A DNA stretch of 63,413 nucleotides, counting the filler, from Chiloscyllium plagiosum (taxonomy: Eukaryota), in assembly GCF_004010195.1 (NCBI RefSeq). It is 5 parts of one record of this genome, joined end to end, with 100 filler letters (N's around TTAATTAATTAA, not from the genome) between each part and the next. Parts side by side here need not be neighbours in the genome. Positions count along the whole stretch, not along the records: positions 62,063 to 63,413 come from NC_057716.1; 4 more parts are not named here. One strand, 5' to 3'. Below the pieces are notes generated by a model. That model made no database searches. It had not been told where the DNA came from and saw only the letters and a program-made list of their open reading frames with translations. Positions 62,063 to 63,413 of this stretch are shown in pieces (positions within the stretch are counted from its first letter, which is position 1; each line of letters opens with the position of its first letter). The position numbers were made by a program, and so were the translations under genes.

Positions 62063-63413
62063 GTGGTGGGGGCCCACCGGGATCTGTGCTGGGTCCCTTA
62101 CTGTGTGTGTGACTGGAGCCCAGTGTGCGGTGGGGGCCCACGGGACCTGTGCTGTGTCCCTTACTGTGTGTGTGACTGGAGCCCAGTGTGTGGTGGGGGC
62201 CCACGGGGATCTGTGCTGGGTCCCTTACTGTGTGTGTGATTGGAGCTCAGTGTGTGGTCACGGCCCACAGGGATCTGTGCTGGGTCCCTTACTGTGTGTG
62301 TGATTGGGGCCCAGTGTGTGGTGGGGGCCCACAGCGATCTGTGCTGGTTCCCTTACTGTGTGTGTGACTGGAGCCCAGTGTGTGGTGGGGGCCCACAGCG
62401 ATCTGTGCTGGGTCCCTTAATGTGTGTGTGACTGGGGCCCAGTGTGTGGTGGGAGCCCACAGGGATCTGTGCAGGGTCCCTTAATGTGTGTGTGACTGGA
62501 GCCCAGTGTGTGGTGGGGGCCCACAGGGATCTGTGCTGGGTCCCTTACTGTGTGTGTGACTGGAGCCCAGTGTGTGGTGGGGGCCCACAGCGATCTGTGC
62601 TGGGTCCCTTAATGTGTGTGTGACTGGGGCCCAGTGTGTGGTGGGGGCCCACAGGGATCTGTGCTGGGTCCCTTACTGTGTGTGTGATTGGGGCCCAGTG
62701 TGTGGTGGGGACCCACAGGGATCTGTGCTGGGTCCCTTACTGTGTGTGTGATTGGGGCCCAGTGTGTGGTGGGGGGCCCACAGGGATCTGTGCTGGGTCC
62801 CTTACTGTGTGTGTGGTGGGGGCCCAGTGTGCTGTGTGGCCCACAGGGATCTGTGCTGGGTCCCTTACTGTGTGTGTGACTGGAGCCAGGTGTGCGGTGG
62901 GGGCCCACAGGGATCTGTGCTGGGTCCCTTACTGTGTGTGTGACTGGATCCCAGTGTGTGGTGGGGGCCCACAGGGATCTGTGCTGGGTCCCTTACTGTG
63001 TGTGTGTTTGGAGCCCAGTGTGTGGTGGGGTCCCACAGGGATCTGTGCAGGGTCCCTTACTGTGTGTGTGACTGGGGCCCAGTGTGTGGTGGGGGCCCAC
63101 AGGGATCTGTGGTGGGTCCCTGTGTGTGTGTGACTAGAGCCCAGTGTGTGGTGGGGTCCCACAGGGATCTGTGCAGGGTCCCTTACTGTGTGTGTGAATG
63201 GAGCCCAGTGTGTGGTGGGGGCCCACGGGGATCTGTGCTGGGTCCCTCACTGTGTGTGTGATTGGGGCCCAGTGTGCGGTGGGATCCCACGGGGATCTGT
63301 GCTGGGTCCCTTACTGTGTGTGTGATTGGAGCCCAGTGTGTGGTGGTGGCCCACAGGGATCTGTGCTGGGTCCCTTACTGTGTGTGTGATTGGGGCCCAG
63401 TGTGTGGTGGGGT
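62063..63413 (+). repeat. 64-bp minisatellite, about 21 copies, unit derived from the CR1 RT PQGSVLGP motif
   Basis: Period 64 (for example 62520 and 62584); unit translates DWSPVCGGGPQGSVLGPLLCV. Confidence 0.95.

Noticed and set aside
62063..63413. Possible CRISPR-like array or repeat-protein gene
   Set aside because: Eukaryotic context, no unique spacers, no cas genes; the 64-bp unit is not a multiple of 3 and TGA stops recur.

Overview
Repeat-dense vertebrate genomic DNA, almost certainly elasmobranch (shark), judging by HE1-type V-SINEs, HER1-type CR1 LINEs and Deu-domain SINEs. Five contigs are joined by four identical artificial 100-nt linkers (N44-TTAATTAATTAA-N44), so adjacency across them is unproven. 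The only host gene I can support is four minus-strand exons of axonemal dynein heavy chain DNAH7 (end of AAA4, stalk CC1, microtubule-binding domain, CC2) with canonical, phase-consistent GT-AG junctions. The rest is mostly layered retroelements: many CR1 copies, a second CR1-group (Zenon-like) LINE, Rex1/Babar, Penelope-like elements (PLEs), two Gypsy remnants, a solo LTR, a decayed Ty1/copia RT, several SINE families and three minisatellites. The most interesting patterns are: (1) about 9 minimal hammerhead-ribozyme cores in PLE tails, including several TSD-flanked 125-220 bp mini-insertions whose 5' end or inversion point lies a few bases upstream of the ribozyme core; (2) two minisatellites whose units are recognisable conserved CR1 ORF2 motifs; (3) a GalEa-like copia fossil; (4) long foldback hairpins at truncated element ends. 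All assignments come from reading the sequence and recalled family motifs; no searches were run, and most TE boundaries are approximate.
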